64,000 bases of DNA from Candidatus Poribacteria bacterium (GCA_963665845.2 OY762492.1:2720001-2784000); one strand, 5' to 3'; shown: positions 9,998-21,486, counted from the stretch's first letter. Numbers and translations: made by a program. Notes: generated by a model not told the origin, from the letters alone.

Positions 9998-11932
9998 GTG
10001 GCTAGCAAAACGATCATCGGCATCGATATCGGCGCCCACTGCGTCAAAGCGGCGCGCGTCGAAGACAAAGGCGGGTTCACGGTTCTGGGCATCGGCGAGG
10101 AGCCAATGCCCCCAAACGCTTCGATTGAGCAGCAAAAAGAAGCGATCCAAAAAGCGCTCAACCAAGCGGGCGGACGGCGCAGCCGGTGCGTCATCGGCGT
10201 GCCGCGCGACCAGGTCGTCCTGCGGCGAATCGACAAGCTGCCGAAAGACCTGGACGAAGCGAGCATGCGGGAAGTGGTGCGCCTCCAGGCGGACAGCGAG
10301 CTGCCGTTTGATCATGGCGAGGCGGTGTACGATTATCTGAATGTGCGCGAGAGCGAGGAATCCGCTTCGGTGGAGATCGTCGCGGCGCGGCTCAGCGAAG
10401 TGGAGCGTCTCGTCAACAGCGCGCGCGAAGCGGGCGGCAAGCCGGTCGCCATCGCGCCGTCGGTGTTTGCGATCCCGGCGCTCGCGCGGCTGCACGCCGG
10501 CAACGAGACGGACCATCGCCATCTGCTCATTGTGGATATCGGGCATTCGGCGACCGAGGTCGGCGTCATTTGCGACGGCGCCATCGAAACGACGCGCAGT
10601 TTCCCCATCGGCGCCGACCAGCTGCGCAACGGCGACGCGCGCATCCCTTCCCTCTTTATCGGCGAATTGACGCGCACCGTTCAGGCGCACAAGCGGCAGT
10701 TTGAAGACGACAAGCCGTTCGACGACATCTGGCTCTGGGGCGGCGGCGCCTCCATGCGCTTCGACAACCTGACCGAAGACGGCGCGTCGGTCTCGCTGGC
10801 GCAGCTGATCGAAGCGCAGCTGGGCGCGCCCGTTCATACGAACATCGAAATCGGCGGGTTCAAGGACGCCTCCAAGGTGAGCGCGGAGCCTGCAGGCTGG
10901 CATCGATACGGCGTCGCGCTGGGGCTGGCGGTCGGCGAGCTGTCCGGGACGCTGGAAGCGAACCTGATACCGAAAATGGACAAGGAAAAGCATGAACAGG
11001 CGGACCGCAACAGGCAAGCGCTCGTTTGCGTCATCGCGGCGGCGGCTTTGACCGCGGCTATCGCCCTGCTCAGCGCCCAGATCAAGCGCAGCCAGGCGGA
11101 GGATGTGCGCAGCCTCAACAACGAAATCAAAACCTATAGAGCGGACAAGGCGATCTCCGACCAAGAAGCGTCCAAAATCCGCCGTATGAACGCCTACATG
11201 GAGCCGAAATACTCGGTTCTGGATGTGCTGCGGGAGCTGACCGCTCTTCTGCCGGACCGCCCCTCGGTCGCGGCGACCGCGATACAGTTTTCCGATTCGG
11301 GCGAGGTGCAGATCGAACTGCAGGGAAGCTCGCATGACATCGTCAAGGAGACGGCGCGCAAGATCGCCCGATCGCCATGGTTCGACTCGAACGAAATCTC
11401 CCTCAGCCAAGTAACAACGTTCGAGGAAAACAGGCGCCAGATCCATCAGTTCAGGGTCACCGCTCAAGTGTCGGTCAACGCCCCGGTTCTAGCCGTCCGA
11501 AAGATCGGAACCGGCAACGAACCGACCGCTGAAGCGGAACCGCAGGGTCAACGCGGCGGAGGCAGACAAACCGCCCAAAGCGGCGGAAATCAGCAGCGGG
11601 GAGGAGGCGGCAGCCGCCAGGTCTCTTCGCGTCAAGGCGGCGGACGCGGCGGCGAAGCGCGAGGAAGCGGCTTCCAGCAAAGCGGCCAAGTCTCCATTCA
11701 GAACGTAAAGGCGGCGGCGGAGTTTGAAGCTATCGAAGGCTCCGAGAAAATAGAGGCGGCGTTGAAAGAGGCGCTGGGGAAAGAAGGCGTCAGCATTGAG
11801 CTGGACGCGGAAGCGCTTGAAAAGCTGAAGTCGGAGGGAATCGCAGTGATAAAGAGCGACGCCTCCATCGACAGCGGAACGATTGAAACCATCAAGATCG
11901 ATGTGTCAACAAGCGAAGAAAAGGACGAATAG
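9998..11932 (+). CDS. GspL-like PilM-PilN fusion (actin-like domain, TM helix, periplasmic domain)
   Basis: IIGIDIG and LIVDIG actin-fold motifs, ALGLA..ANLIP, TM helix, PilN-like domain, G/Q-rich tail. Confidence 0.8.
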   Translation: MASKTIIGIDIGAHCVKAARVEDKGGFTVLGIGEEPMPPNASIEQQKEAIQKALNQAGGRRSRCVIGVPRDQVVLRRIDKLPKDLDEASMREVVRLQADSELPFDHGEAVYDYLNVRESEESASVEIVAARLSEVERLVNSAREAGGKPVAIAPSVFAIPALARLHAGNETDHRHLLIVDIGHSATEVGVICDGAIETTRSFPIGADQLRNGDARIPSLFIGELTRTVQAHKRQFEDDKPFDDIWLWGGGASMRFDNLTEDGASVSLAQLIEAQLGAPVHTNIEIGGFKDASKVSAEPAGWHRYGVALGLAVGELSGTLEANLIPKMDKEKHEQADRNRQALVCVIAAAALTAAIALLSAQIKRSQAEDVRSLNNEIKTYRADKAISDQEASKIRRMNAYMEPKYSVLDVLRELTALLPDRPSVAATAIQFSDSGEVQIELQGSSHDIVKETARKIARSPWFDSNEISLSQVTTFEENRRQIHQFRVTAQVSVNAPVLAVRKIGTGNEPTAEAEPQGQRGGGRQTAQSGGNQQRGGGGSRQVSSRQGGGRGGEARGSGFQQSGQVSIQNVKAAAEFEAIEGSEKIEAALKEALGKEGVSIELDAEALEKLKSEGIAVIKSDASIDSGTIETIKIDVSTSEEKDE

Positions 11933-11935
11933 ACG

Positions 11936-14032
11936 GTGAAATTTGAACTGGGCGGAGCCGTTTCGGATCGCAGCGTCAAGCTGCTACTCATCGTCGCGGT
12001 CGTTGGGGTCGCGCTCTTTACGGCGTTTCAGCTGATCGGAATTCTCAGCGGACAAGAAAATGTGGACGCTAAAAAACAGGAGCTGGCGGAAGCGTCGCTC
12101 ATGTCGCGCCTGCAAGAGCCGCTCAAAACGGCGGCGCGTTCCATTCAGGACGCCTCGAAGACGTCGGGAGAAACGCTGCCCCAGCCGGTCATCGACAAAA
12201 TGAAAGAGGTGTACGCTGTCAAGCCGACGCCTGAAAACGGAAAACGCTCTATCCTGACAGCGAGCGCAAACGACCTGATGGCGCGCCTGGGCGTCAACCC
12301 TCGGCAGGCGCAGTTCATCCTTGAAAACAGGGCGGGCGTTGAATCGGTCGACGATTTCTCGGACCGGCGGCGCAACCTGTTTGACGCGAACGCGGACACC
12401 ATTGAGCCGATGATCCTGCAAAAAATCGCGCAAATCGCCGGCAGAAGCGGCATTCAAAAACTGGATTTTGTGAAGGTTGAACAGCAAACCAAAGTCGATA
12501 AAACGCAAGCCGTCCTCGTCAAACCAAGCCCGATCTCCATCCAAGACCTGGCGGAGCGCAGAGCCGCCATCCGAGAGGCGCTGGAGTCGGAGCATTCCGC
12601 CCCGCTGCAGGAAGCGGCGCAGCGGCTGATTCAGCTGACGCGCGACGACCCTTCCATTCGAAACAGCGCGGAGGACAACCTCGAATCGATGATGGACAAC
12701 CCCAACCTTTCTGCGGACAAGGTCGCCCAGCTGCGCCTCGCCCATCTCGCCTCGCAGCCCTCCAAGATGCGTATACTGGACAGCCTGCTGCGAACGCATA
12801 TGCAGGATGGATTGAGCCGAATTCCGCCGGAACCAGCGCCAGAACCGGAGCCGCAAACAAACGGCGAAAACGAAGCCGAAAACGCCGCTGAAAACGAGGC
12901 AGAGAACGGAAACGAAACCGAAGAAGAAAACGGCTCCGAAAATGCTGAAAATAACGAGGAAGGCGGAAACGAAAACGCAAACGGCGAGGAAGGCGGAAAC
13001 GAAAACGCAAACGGCGAAAATGAAACGAAAACAGAAGCCGATGACGCCGAAGCGGACAATGTCAAGGAACCGTCTAAACCGCCGGCGCATCCCGCCCCCA
13101 TCAAATTTGGAGCGTACCCCTATCCGCGCATCCCCCAAATAGAACCGGCGGCGCAGAAGCGGTTGATGGAAACGCTCCGCGACAACCAAGCCGCCTGGCT
13201 CAGCGACGACCAGCTGCGTTACATTCTGGATGTGAAAGAGGAGGAGCCGAAGCCCGACAATACAGACACAGAAGAGGGCGCGACCGAAAACGAAGATGAG
13301 GGCGGCGGCGAGAATGCCGAAAACGAAGATGAGGGCGGCGGCGAGAATGCCGAAAACGAAGATGAGGGCGGCGGCGAGAATGCCGAAAACGAAGATGAGG
13401 GCGGCGGCGAGAATGCCGAGACTGAAAACGAAGAAGAAAACGGCGCGCAAGAAACTACAGACGCCGATCCGAACGAATCTGAAGAGGCGGCAAACGAAGA
13501 AAACGGCGGCGGCGCGAATCAAAACGAAGGCGACAACGCCAACGGCGGCGACGCGAATCAAAATGAAAACGAGAGCGACAACGGAAACGGCGACGGCGCT
13601 GACCAAGATGAAAACGCCAACGGCGACAACGGAAACGGCGAAGCGAAAGACGAAGAGAACGGAGACAGCGAAGCGAACGGCGACGAGAGCGGGGACGATC
13701 AAAACGACGGCGAAGACGCCCAAGACGAGAGCGAGAGCGGACCGCCGCCGTTCACCCATCCCGACCTCGAAGAGATACGCGCCTACCATGTCAAGCTGAT
13801 CGATACGTTGTGGCGCATATCGGAGGCGGTGGATAAACCGTCCCCCTCCAAGCCGATCATCTACACGGCGGCGACCGAATTTCGGGCGCGGCTCGAAAAC
13901 CTCACCCGATTCGTGTACCAGCTGGAAGGGGAAGCGCCGTGGATGCGCATCTCCGAACTCAACCTGACAAAGCACAACGAAGACGGTCCAACGCTTCTCG
14001 TCCGAGTGACCGTCAAAGCGACCATCTTTTGA
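11936..14032 (+). CDS. GspM/PilO-like membrane protein with long acidic low-complexity insertions
   Basis: N-terminal TM; C-terminal FRARLENLTRFVYQLE..WMRISELNL PilO/GspM-like; position after GspL. Confidence 0.6.
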   Translation: MKFELGGAVSDRSVKLLLIVAVVGVALFTAFQLIGILSGQENVDAKKQELAEASLMSRLQEPLKTAARSIQDASKTSGETLPQPVIDKMKEVYAVKPTPENGKRSILTASANDLMARLGVNPRQAQFILENRAGVESVDDFSDRRRNLFDANADTIEPMILQKIAQIAGRSGIQKLDFVKVEQQTKVDKTQAVLVKPSPISIQDLAERRAAIREALESEHSAPLQEAAQRLIQLTRDDPSIRNSAEDNLESMMDNPNLSADKVAQLRLAHLASQPSKMRILDSLLRTHMQDGLSRIPPEPAPEPEPQTNGENEAENAAENEAENGNETEEENGSENAENNEEGGNENANGEEGGNENANGENETKTEADDAEADNVKEPSKPPAHPAPIKFGAYPYPRIPQIEPAAQKRLMETLRDNQAAWLSDDQLRYILDVKEEEPKPDNTDTEEGATENEDEGGGENAENEDEGGGENAENEDEGGGENAENEDEGGGENAETENEEENGAQETTDADPNESEEAANEENGGGANQNEGDNANGGDANQNENESDNGNGDGADQDENANGDNGNGEAKDEENGDSEANGDESGDDQNDGEDAQDESESGPPPFTHPDLEEIRAYHVKLIDTLWRISEAVDKPSPSKPIIYTAATEFRARLENLTRFVYQLEGEAPWMRISELNLTKHNEDGPTLLVRVTVKATIF
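13286..13417 (+). repeat. Perfect 33-bp coding tandem repeat x4 (ENEDEGGGENA)
   Basis: GAAAACGAAGATGAGGGCGGCGGCGAGAATGCC repeated four times; a 30-bp duplication also lies at about 12956-13015. Confidence 0.95.
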
Positions 14033-14055
14033 AGACGACAACGAAGGAGCGACTC

Positions 14056-14748
14056 ATGATACGAAGAACAGCGGTTGCGTTGTTTGCGATGGCGGCGATG
14101 GCGGCTCCGCAGCTTTACGCGGACGAGCGCCCGCCGATGGACTACTACAAGATTCTCTCCGAGAAAAACCTGTTCCGAAAACTGGGCTGGAAACCGCCCG
14201 ACAACCGCCCGCGCTACAGCCTGCTCATGACCGTAGTGATCGAAGACGAGACCGAAGAGGAAGAAACGGTTGAATTGAGCGAGGAAGAGCAGTTTCTGCT
14301 GACGCTTTACGGGAATGAACTGGAAACGCCGGAAGAGTCGACCGCCGAGCTGGAAGCGGAGCCGCGCAAGAACTACGCCAGGATCCAGCGGCAAGGCGGC
14401 TCCACGTATACCGTGGACGAAGGGGACCAGTTTGAAGGCATGACGCTTGTCTCCGTCGGCTATGGGCGGGTCGCCATCGTCAACGGCGAGGGCGAAGAGA
14501 CGAACCTATCGCTTCCGACCGCCTCCGGCGCATCCGGCGGAAGCGCCAACCAGGGCGGCAGCTCGCGCAGCCGAGCGCAAGCCTCCTCCCGTTCCAGCGA
14601 GAGAGGCGGGCGCGGCGGATTCCCTGAAGGCATGCCGGCCGATATGCGCGAACGGATGGAGCGGCTGCGCAACGCCAGCCCCGAAGAGCGCGCCGAAATC
14701 ATGCGGGAATTCCGCGGACGAGGCGGCCGGCGAGGCGGCAGAGATTGA
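14056..14748 (+). CDS. GspC/PilP-like protein
   Basis: RBS AAGGAG; N-terminal signal/TM; HR-domain-like YTVDEGDQFEGMTLVSVGYGRVAI; directly upstream of secretin. Confidence 0.55.
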   Translation: MIRRTAVALFAMAAMAAPQLYADERPPMDYYKILSEKNLFRKLGWKPPDNRPRYSLLMTVVIEDETEEEETVELSEEEQFLLTLYGNELETPEESTAELEAEPRKNYARIQRQGGSTYTVDEGDQFEGMTLVSVGYGRVAIVNGEGEETNLSLPTASGASGGSANQGGSSRSRAQASSRSSERGGRGGFPEGMPADMRERMERLRNASPEERAEIMREFRGRGGRRGGRD

Positions 14749-14764
14749 AAAAACGCGGTTCCAT

Positions 14765-14796
14765 TAAACCTAAACGCCTGTTTTGGAATCTAACAT
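14765..14796 (+). promoter_or_regulatory. Putative ECF-type internal promoter for secretin
   Basis: TAAACCTAAA...AATCTAACAT resembles the motif upstream of gspE. Confidence 0.35.
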
Positions 14797-14847
14797 GCTG
14801 GAGCGCAACGCGCATGCTGCCAGCGGCGCCAGTAGAAAGTTGAAAAC

Positions 14848-17817
14848 GTGAAACCATTGAGGATGCCCATGTTCACCCGTAGTTACCGCCGCCTGATCGT
14901 CTTTGCCGCCGTCTGCTTGACGGCGCTGCCCGCCGTCTTGAACGCCCAGCAGGGCATGCAGGTCACCGAACGCGGCGACGACGATAAAGCGGCAAGACTC
15001 ACCCTAGACTTCGTCAACGTCGAACTGAAGGATCTGATCCAGTTTATTCAGCGCGAAACCGACCTGACCATCATCTCCACCGAACGGGACATACAGGGCA
15101 AAAAGCTGTCGCTCGTCAACCTAAAAAATGTGACCATCGACGAGGCGCTGGAAAAAATCAAAACGGGGCTGATGCAGTTCGATCTGACAACGATTCAGAC
15201 CGACTCAACGCTTCTCATCACGACCGTTCAGAAAGCGGTCAGGATGAAGGTTCCCGTCTCCTACGGCGCCGACCCTGAATCGATACCCGACTCGGATCAG
15301 GTCATTACGCATGTGATCCCGCTGAAGCATCTGAACGCGGACGAGATCGCCGGAAAGCTTGGATCGTTGAAGTCGGACGCCGGCGTTCTGTTTGGCGACC
15401 GTGAATCGAACACGATCGTCATCACCGGCATCGCCTCCAACATCCGGCGCATTGCGACCTTCCTAGCGCAGATCGATGTCGCCAGCATGGACATACAGCT
15501 GTTTGAAACCGAGGTGATTCAGATCAACAACACCGAAGTGGACGAGATTGAGGACGCGCTGGAGGACCTGTTCGGCAGATCAGGCGACACCGCGCGATGG
15601 TTTTACTCCGACTCCGGCGGCTCGGCGGCGTCGGCGGGGCTGGCGGTGTTCATCACCAGCAATGACGAAACGAACCAGCTGATTGTCCGCGCGACAAAAG
15701 AAAATATGGATTACGTTAAAGAGCTGGTCGCCAAGATGGATGTCGCCCCGTCGCTTCAAACCGATGTGCGCGTCTTCCCGCTGAAATACGCGAACGCCAG
15801 CAATGTGGTCGATATTTTGCAAGAGGTGCTGGAAGGCTCCTCCTCCTCAAGCAGCCGCAGCAGCCGATACTACTACTCCTCATGGTACGACCGAAGCCGA
15901 GGCAGCGATTCGCAAGGGGTCGCCGGCGAGATTCAATACGCCGCTGACGAACGGCTCAACGCGGTCGTCATCTCCTCCGACCCCAGCAACTGGACCATCA
16001 TTGAAACGCTGATCAATGAGCTGGACATACAGGACGACCCAGGGAATGAGATCGAAATCTTCGTCTTGAAAAACGCCAACGCCGAAGCGCTGGTCCAAAA
16101 CATTCAGGAGCTGATCGACGGACAGGACGACGACGACCGAGACCGCTACCGGTACTGGTGGTACGACGATTACGATCAGGGCGACGACGATTCAGACAGC
16201 GGCTTTGGGCTTCAAGGCGAAGTGAACCTGACGGCGGACACGCGCCTGAACGCGATCGTCGCGGCAACCTCCTCCAAGAACCTAGCGGTGCTGAAAGACC
16301 TGATCAACCGCATGGATGTGAGCATGCCCGAACAGGAATGGGGAACGCGCATCTTTCCGCTGCAGTACGCAGACGCGACGAAGATCGCCGAGGTGCTGAA
16401 CGCCGTCTATCAAGGCGGGGGTCAGCAAGGCGGAGGCGGCGGAGGCGGCTTTTTCTCTTTCTTAGAATCGGTGCGAAGCCGCAACCAGGGCAACACCGCC
16501 CAAGGCTCGCTCGCCGGCAATGTGGTCGCGGCGGCGTATCCGACGACAAATTCGATCATCATTTCAACGGGAACGGCGCGCAACTTTGAGCTGATCGAAG
16601 AGTTTATCAAGGAGCTGGACATTCCGACGCCTGAAGGGCAGCGCGAAATCACGCGCGTTTTCAACCTTGAATACTCGGACGCGACGCAGCTGGAGCCGCT
16701 CCTGTCCCAAATATGGAGCAGCAGCTCGCAAGACCAGGGCGGCGGTTTTCCGTTCTTCGGTCCATTTGGGCGCTTCTCGCAATCCGCGGCTGAACAGAAT
16801 ACGGACATCAACAGCCTCATCGACAAGGTGAGCCTGTTCGCCGACGAACAGACCAATTCGCTCGTCATCACAACCCGCTCCCGCTACATTGAGGATATTG
16901 AAAAGATCGTCCGCGCGCTGGACATCGTCCGCGGGCAGGTCTGGATCGACATCCATATCCTTGAGCTGACGCTGGACGACACAACGAAGATGGGCATTGA
17001 GATGGCGCTGATGGAGAAACGGCTCTTTGGAACAGACGCCTTCGGCAAAAACCGAGAGCCTGGCTCCAACCCGCTCACCGGCGAATTCAATTCGTCGCTC
17101 AATTTGGAGCAGCAGATCACCGGCTTTTCCGTTCAGGCGGCGACAAACGAGTACATGGGCTTTCTCCATACGCTCATGCGCAGCAACAAGGTCAGGACGC
17201 TCTCCTCGCCTAGTTTCATGGTGCGCGACAACCAGCCCGCCACCTTCGTAAGCGGGCGCGATATTCCGTATCTGCAGAGCGCCCGCACCTCCGACCTGCT
17301 GGAAGGGCAGATCTTCGACTTTGACTTCCTGCAGGACATCGGCATCAACATCAGCATCACGCCGCGCATCGCGCGCATGACCGCAGGCGACCGCGGCAAA
17401 CGCACCATCGGCTTGCAGATCGATCAGATCACGGCAAGCAATTTCATTGAGTTCACCAACTTCAACGCCCCGCTGACCGAAGAAAGCACCGTCTCCACCT
17501 TTATCGACGCGGAAGACGGGCAGCAGATTGTGATCGGCGGCTTGAAGAAGCGTAAACAGCAAGAGGTTGAAGAAAAGGTGCCGGTTCTGGGCGACCTGCC
17601 GCTTGTCGGGGCGCTCTTCCGCCGGACAGAGAATATCGCGCAGGACTCGGAGGTCGTCATCGTTATCACGCCGCGCATCGTCGACATCAACAACCCTGAA
17701 GACAGAGCGCGCATGCAGGACATACAGTATGATCAGTTCGGCTCTCATGACGATCTCCTGACGCCGTTAGAGGAGACAACGGGCGACGCCGAAGTCGAAG
17801 CGCCGATGAGCGAATAA
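14848..17817 (+). CDS. gspD: Secretin GspD with N0 plus six N domains
   Basis: LTLDFVNVEL N0; repeated (V/I)F.L.YA.A ... N.(L/I)(V/I) domains; QVWIDIHILE, DNQPA, KVPVLGDLPLVGALFR. Confidence 0.93.
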   Translation: MKPLRMPMFTRSYRRLIVFAAVCLTALPAVLNAQQGMQVTERGDDDKAARLTLDFVNVELKDLIQFIQRETDLTIISTERDIQGKKLSLVNLKNVTIDEALEKIKTGLMQFDLTTIQTDSTLLITTVQKAVRMKVPVSYGADPESIPDSDQVITHVIPLKHLNADEIAGKLGSLKSDAGVLFGDRESNTIVITGIASNIRRIATFLAQIDVASMDIQLFETEVIQINNTEVDEIEDALEDLFGRSGDTARWFYSDSGGSAASAGLAVFITSNDETNQLIVRATKENMDYVKELVAKMDVAPSLQTDVRVFPLKYANASNVVDILQEVLEGSSSSSSRSSRYYYSSWYDRSRGSDSQGVAGEIQYAADERLNAVVISSDPSNWTIIETLINELDIQDDPGNEIEIFVLKNANAEALVQNIQELIDGQDDDDRDRYRYWWYDDYDQGDDDSDSGFGLQGEVNLTADTRLNAIVAATSSKNLAVLKDLINRMDVSMPEQEWGTRIFPLQYADATKIAEVLNAVYQGGGQQGGGGGGGFFSFLESVRSRNQGNTAQGSLAGNVVAAAYPTTNSIIISTGTARNFELIEEFIKELDIPTPEGQREITRVFNLEYSDATQLEPLLSQIWSSSSQDQGGGFPFFGPFGRFSQSAAEQNTDINSLIDKVSLFADEQTNSLVITTRSRYIEDIEKIVRALDIVRGQVWIDIHILELTLDDTTKMGIEMALMEKRLFGTDAFGKNREPGSNPLTGEFNSSLNLEQQITGFSVQAATNEYMGFLHTLMRSNKVRTLSSPSFMVRDNQPATFVSGRDIPYLQSARTSDLLEGQIFDFDFLQDIGINISITPRIARMTAGDRGKRTIGLQIDQITASNFIEFTNFNAPLTEESTVSTFIDAEDGQQIVIGGLKKRKQQEVEEKVPVLGDLPLVGALFRRTENIAQDSEVVIVITPRIVDINNPEDRARMQDIQYDQFGSHDDLLTPLEETTGDAEVEAPMSE

Positions 17818-17819
17818 GC

Positions 17820-18977
17820 ATGCGTTTACCGTTGACCGGCAAACGGAGCGATCATCTGAAAATCGGCGTCGCCGCGGCAGGCAGGGGCGACCTAGAAACG
17901 GTCCGCGAAATCGCGCGCGTCAAGCCCGAATGGATTCGGCGCGTCGCGTCCCACGGGCGAACGATGCTCTGGGAAGCGGCTTGGCGCGGCAAGCTGGAGG
18001 TTGTGAAATTCTTGGCTGAAGTCGGCGCGGATGTGAACGCGCATGGCTGCCATTACACGCCCCATCGCATTGAGATCAGCCCCGTCTGCGCCGCCCGTTT
18101 AGCGCGGCGGACGGAGACAGCGGAGTGGCTGTTGAAAAACAGCGCCGTTTATGACGTCTACGCCGCGGCGTATCTGGGCGACCTGCCCGCGCTCAACAGG
18201 TTGCTGGATGAGGATCCGTCCCAAATAGAAGCGGGAAATCCGCAGGCGGAAATCGCCGCTGACGCCGTTGAAGAGGACGGCTCGCCGATGTTGGCGCCGG
18301 CGCCCGCGCCATGGGCGACTCCTTTAATGTACGCCGTTTGCGGTCAACAGCTGGAGGCGGTTCATTTGCTGATTGAGCGCGGGGCGGACGCCGTTCAACA
18401 CAGCAAGACGCTGATGGGCGATGTCCGAGAGCATGTGGACATCGCGCGCGCGTTGATAGAGGCGGGCGCAAATCCGCATGACGCGCCGACGCCGATTTCG
18501 GCGCAGGACGGGGTCGGCAAGCTGTTGGCGGAATACGGCGTTCAGCCCGACCCGAACAAGCCTGTTCATTGGGGCTGGCCGCCGATTGTGTATTACAGCC
18601 GAGGCGACAAGGGGGAAAATCCGCAGCGCATTTTAGAGCTGATTGCGGCGGGCGCGGATGTGAACGCGCGAAACCGCAAAGGCAAAACGGCGCTCCACGC
18701 GGCGGCGAAAGCGGGTTTCTCCAAAACGATGGCGGCGCTTCTGGAACATGGCGCCGACATCAACGCGCGGGACAACGCCGATGAAACGCCCCTGTTCGAC
18801 GCGGTTCGCTCCACGATACGCAAAACCGATAAAAAGATTGCCGCCGTTGAAACGCTGCTGGCGTCCGGCGCGGACGCCTCCGCCGTCAACAAGAGGGGCG
18901 AAACTCCGCTCGCTGTCGCGCAGCGCTCCCGCCGCGAAGGCGCCGACAAGATCGTCCGCCTTTTAAGAGAGGTCTGA
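17820..18977 (+). CDS. Ankyrin-repeat protein
   Basis: GRTMLWEAA, GADVNA, TPLMYA, GKTALHAAA, ETPLFDA, GETPLAVA. Confidence 0.92.
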   Translation: MRLPLTGKRSDHLKIGVAAAGRGDLETVREIARVKPEWIRRVASHGRTMLWEAAWRGKLEVVKFLAEVGADVNAHGCHYTPHRIEISPVCAARLARRTETAEWLLKNSAVYDVYAAAYLGDLPALNRLLDEDPSQIEAGNPQAEIAADAVEEDGSPMLAPAPAPWATPLMYAVCGQQLEAVHLLIERGADAVQHSKTLMGDVREHVDIARALIEAGANPHDAPTPISAQDGVGKLLAEYGVQPDPNKPVHWGWPPIVYYSRGDKGENPQRILELIAAGADVNARNRKGKTALHAAAKAGFSKTMAALLEHGADINARDNADETPLFDAVRSTIRKTDKKIAAVETLLASGADASAVNKRGETPLAVAQRSRREGADKIVRLLREV

Positions 18978-19012
18978 CAGCTCATCCCCACTTCATGCTC
19001 GCTTTCCTCTCC

Positions 19013-19395
19013 GTCATTCCCGCTCCTCTCTCTGTCATTCCCGCGTAAGCGGGAATCTTAAGGCGCTACAGCCGCCGCGCGCGGCTAAAACCCCCCCAGC
19101 CCCCCTTTTCAAGGGGGGAGTCCAGAAACCCCGCGCTATCCGCTGTCATTGGGCTGCTCGTCATTCCCGCGCCTCTCTCCCTGTCATTCCCGCGTAAGCG
19201 GGAATCTTAAGCGCCGCAGTTGTCGTCTGAACTAGGATTGCCAAGATTAAAAAGATTAACATGAGGATTGCGAATGCCGATACGCCGCTCTTGACATGCC
19301 GCATCCCCGGCCGTCCCCGCTTCCGAGAGGGCATGCATTCCCGCCCTTGCGGTAAAACGCGCGGGAATCCAGAGTCGATCTCTAAACCGTCCGCA
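19013..19395. repeat. Mosaic intergenic repeat block (REP-like GTCATTCCCGCGTAAGCGGGAATC x2, poly-C/G hairpin, TGAACTAGGAT half-element)
   Basis: Palindromes at 19034-19057 and 19183-19206; CCCCCCCAGCCCCCCTTTTCAAGGGGGG at about 19091-19118. Confidence 0.85.
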
Positions 19396-19426
19396 TCCGT
19401 CAATCGCGTCATCCCGTCTTAAAACA

Positions 19427-19466
19427 AAATCCCGCGCGCAAGGTTCAGACCTGCGCGCGGGGTTTT
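19427..19466. terminator. Intrinsic, probably bidirectional, terminator downstream of groEL
   Basis: AAAATCCCGCGCGCA-loop-TGCGCGCGGGGTTTT. Confidence 0.75.
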
Positions 19467-19495
19467 ATCAAAGCGTCTTAGGACGCCGACTTTGT

Positions 19496-21124
<1,629 letters not shown>

Positions 21125-21135
21125 CGCGAGTCTCC

Positions 21136-21426
21136 TTACTCAATGATTTTTGCGAGAATGTCGTCTTCGCGCAGGATCAGATAATCCTCGTCTTCAACGG
21201 TGATCTCCGTCCCGGCGTATTTGCCAAAAAGTACCGTGTCGCCCACCGCGACATCGGGCGCCTGACGCTCGCCGCTGTCAAGCGTCTTGCCCTCGCCGAC
21301 CGCGACCACCTTCCCCTGCTGCGGCTTCTCTTTAGCCGTGTCGGGAATGATGATGCCGCCGATCGTCTGCTCTTCCTCTTCAATCCTCTGAACGAGGATA
21401 CGGTCGTAAAGTGGCGTGATGGCCAT
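21136..21426 (-). CDS. groES: Co-chaperonin GroES
   Basis: [28 protein letters not shown]. Confidence 0.98.
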   Translation of the reverse strand: MAITPLYDRILVQRIEEEEQTIGGIIIPDTAKEKPQQGKVVAVGEGKTLDSGERQAPDVAVGDTVLFGKYAGTEITVEDEDYLILREDDILAKIIE

Positions 21427-21486
21427 ATCCGCCCTTCCCATCGCCAATTGGCCTAAGTTGCGTGTTCCTTGAAGGACGGCTCTTGA

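Noticed and set aside
9575-11467. 630-aa antisense ORF and many other long shadow ORFs
   Set aside because: They overlap well-supported genes in a high-GC genome and have no recognisable motifs
11984-14041. 685-aa antisense ORF with hydrophobic repeats (GILAAALIFVF)
   Set aside because: Mirror of the GAA/AAC-rich sense gene; stop-poor antisense frames are expected here
3095-17817. Retractile type IVa pilus
   Set aside because: No PilT in the block, and the major pilin has GspG signatures, so T2SS-like is preferred
19161-19412. Small ORFs in repeat blocks (also 28834, 36328, 42978, 52621, 55313) and N-terminal extensions such as 59580-61235 and 61140
   Set aside because: Translations of repeat modules (SFPRKRES, WIPACAGMT, HSRVSGN); not credible proteins
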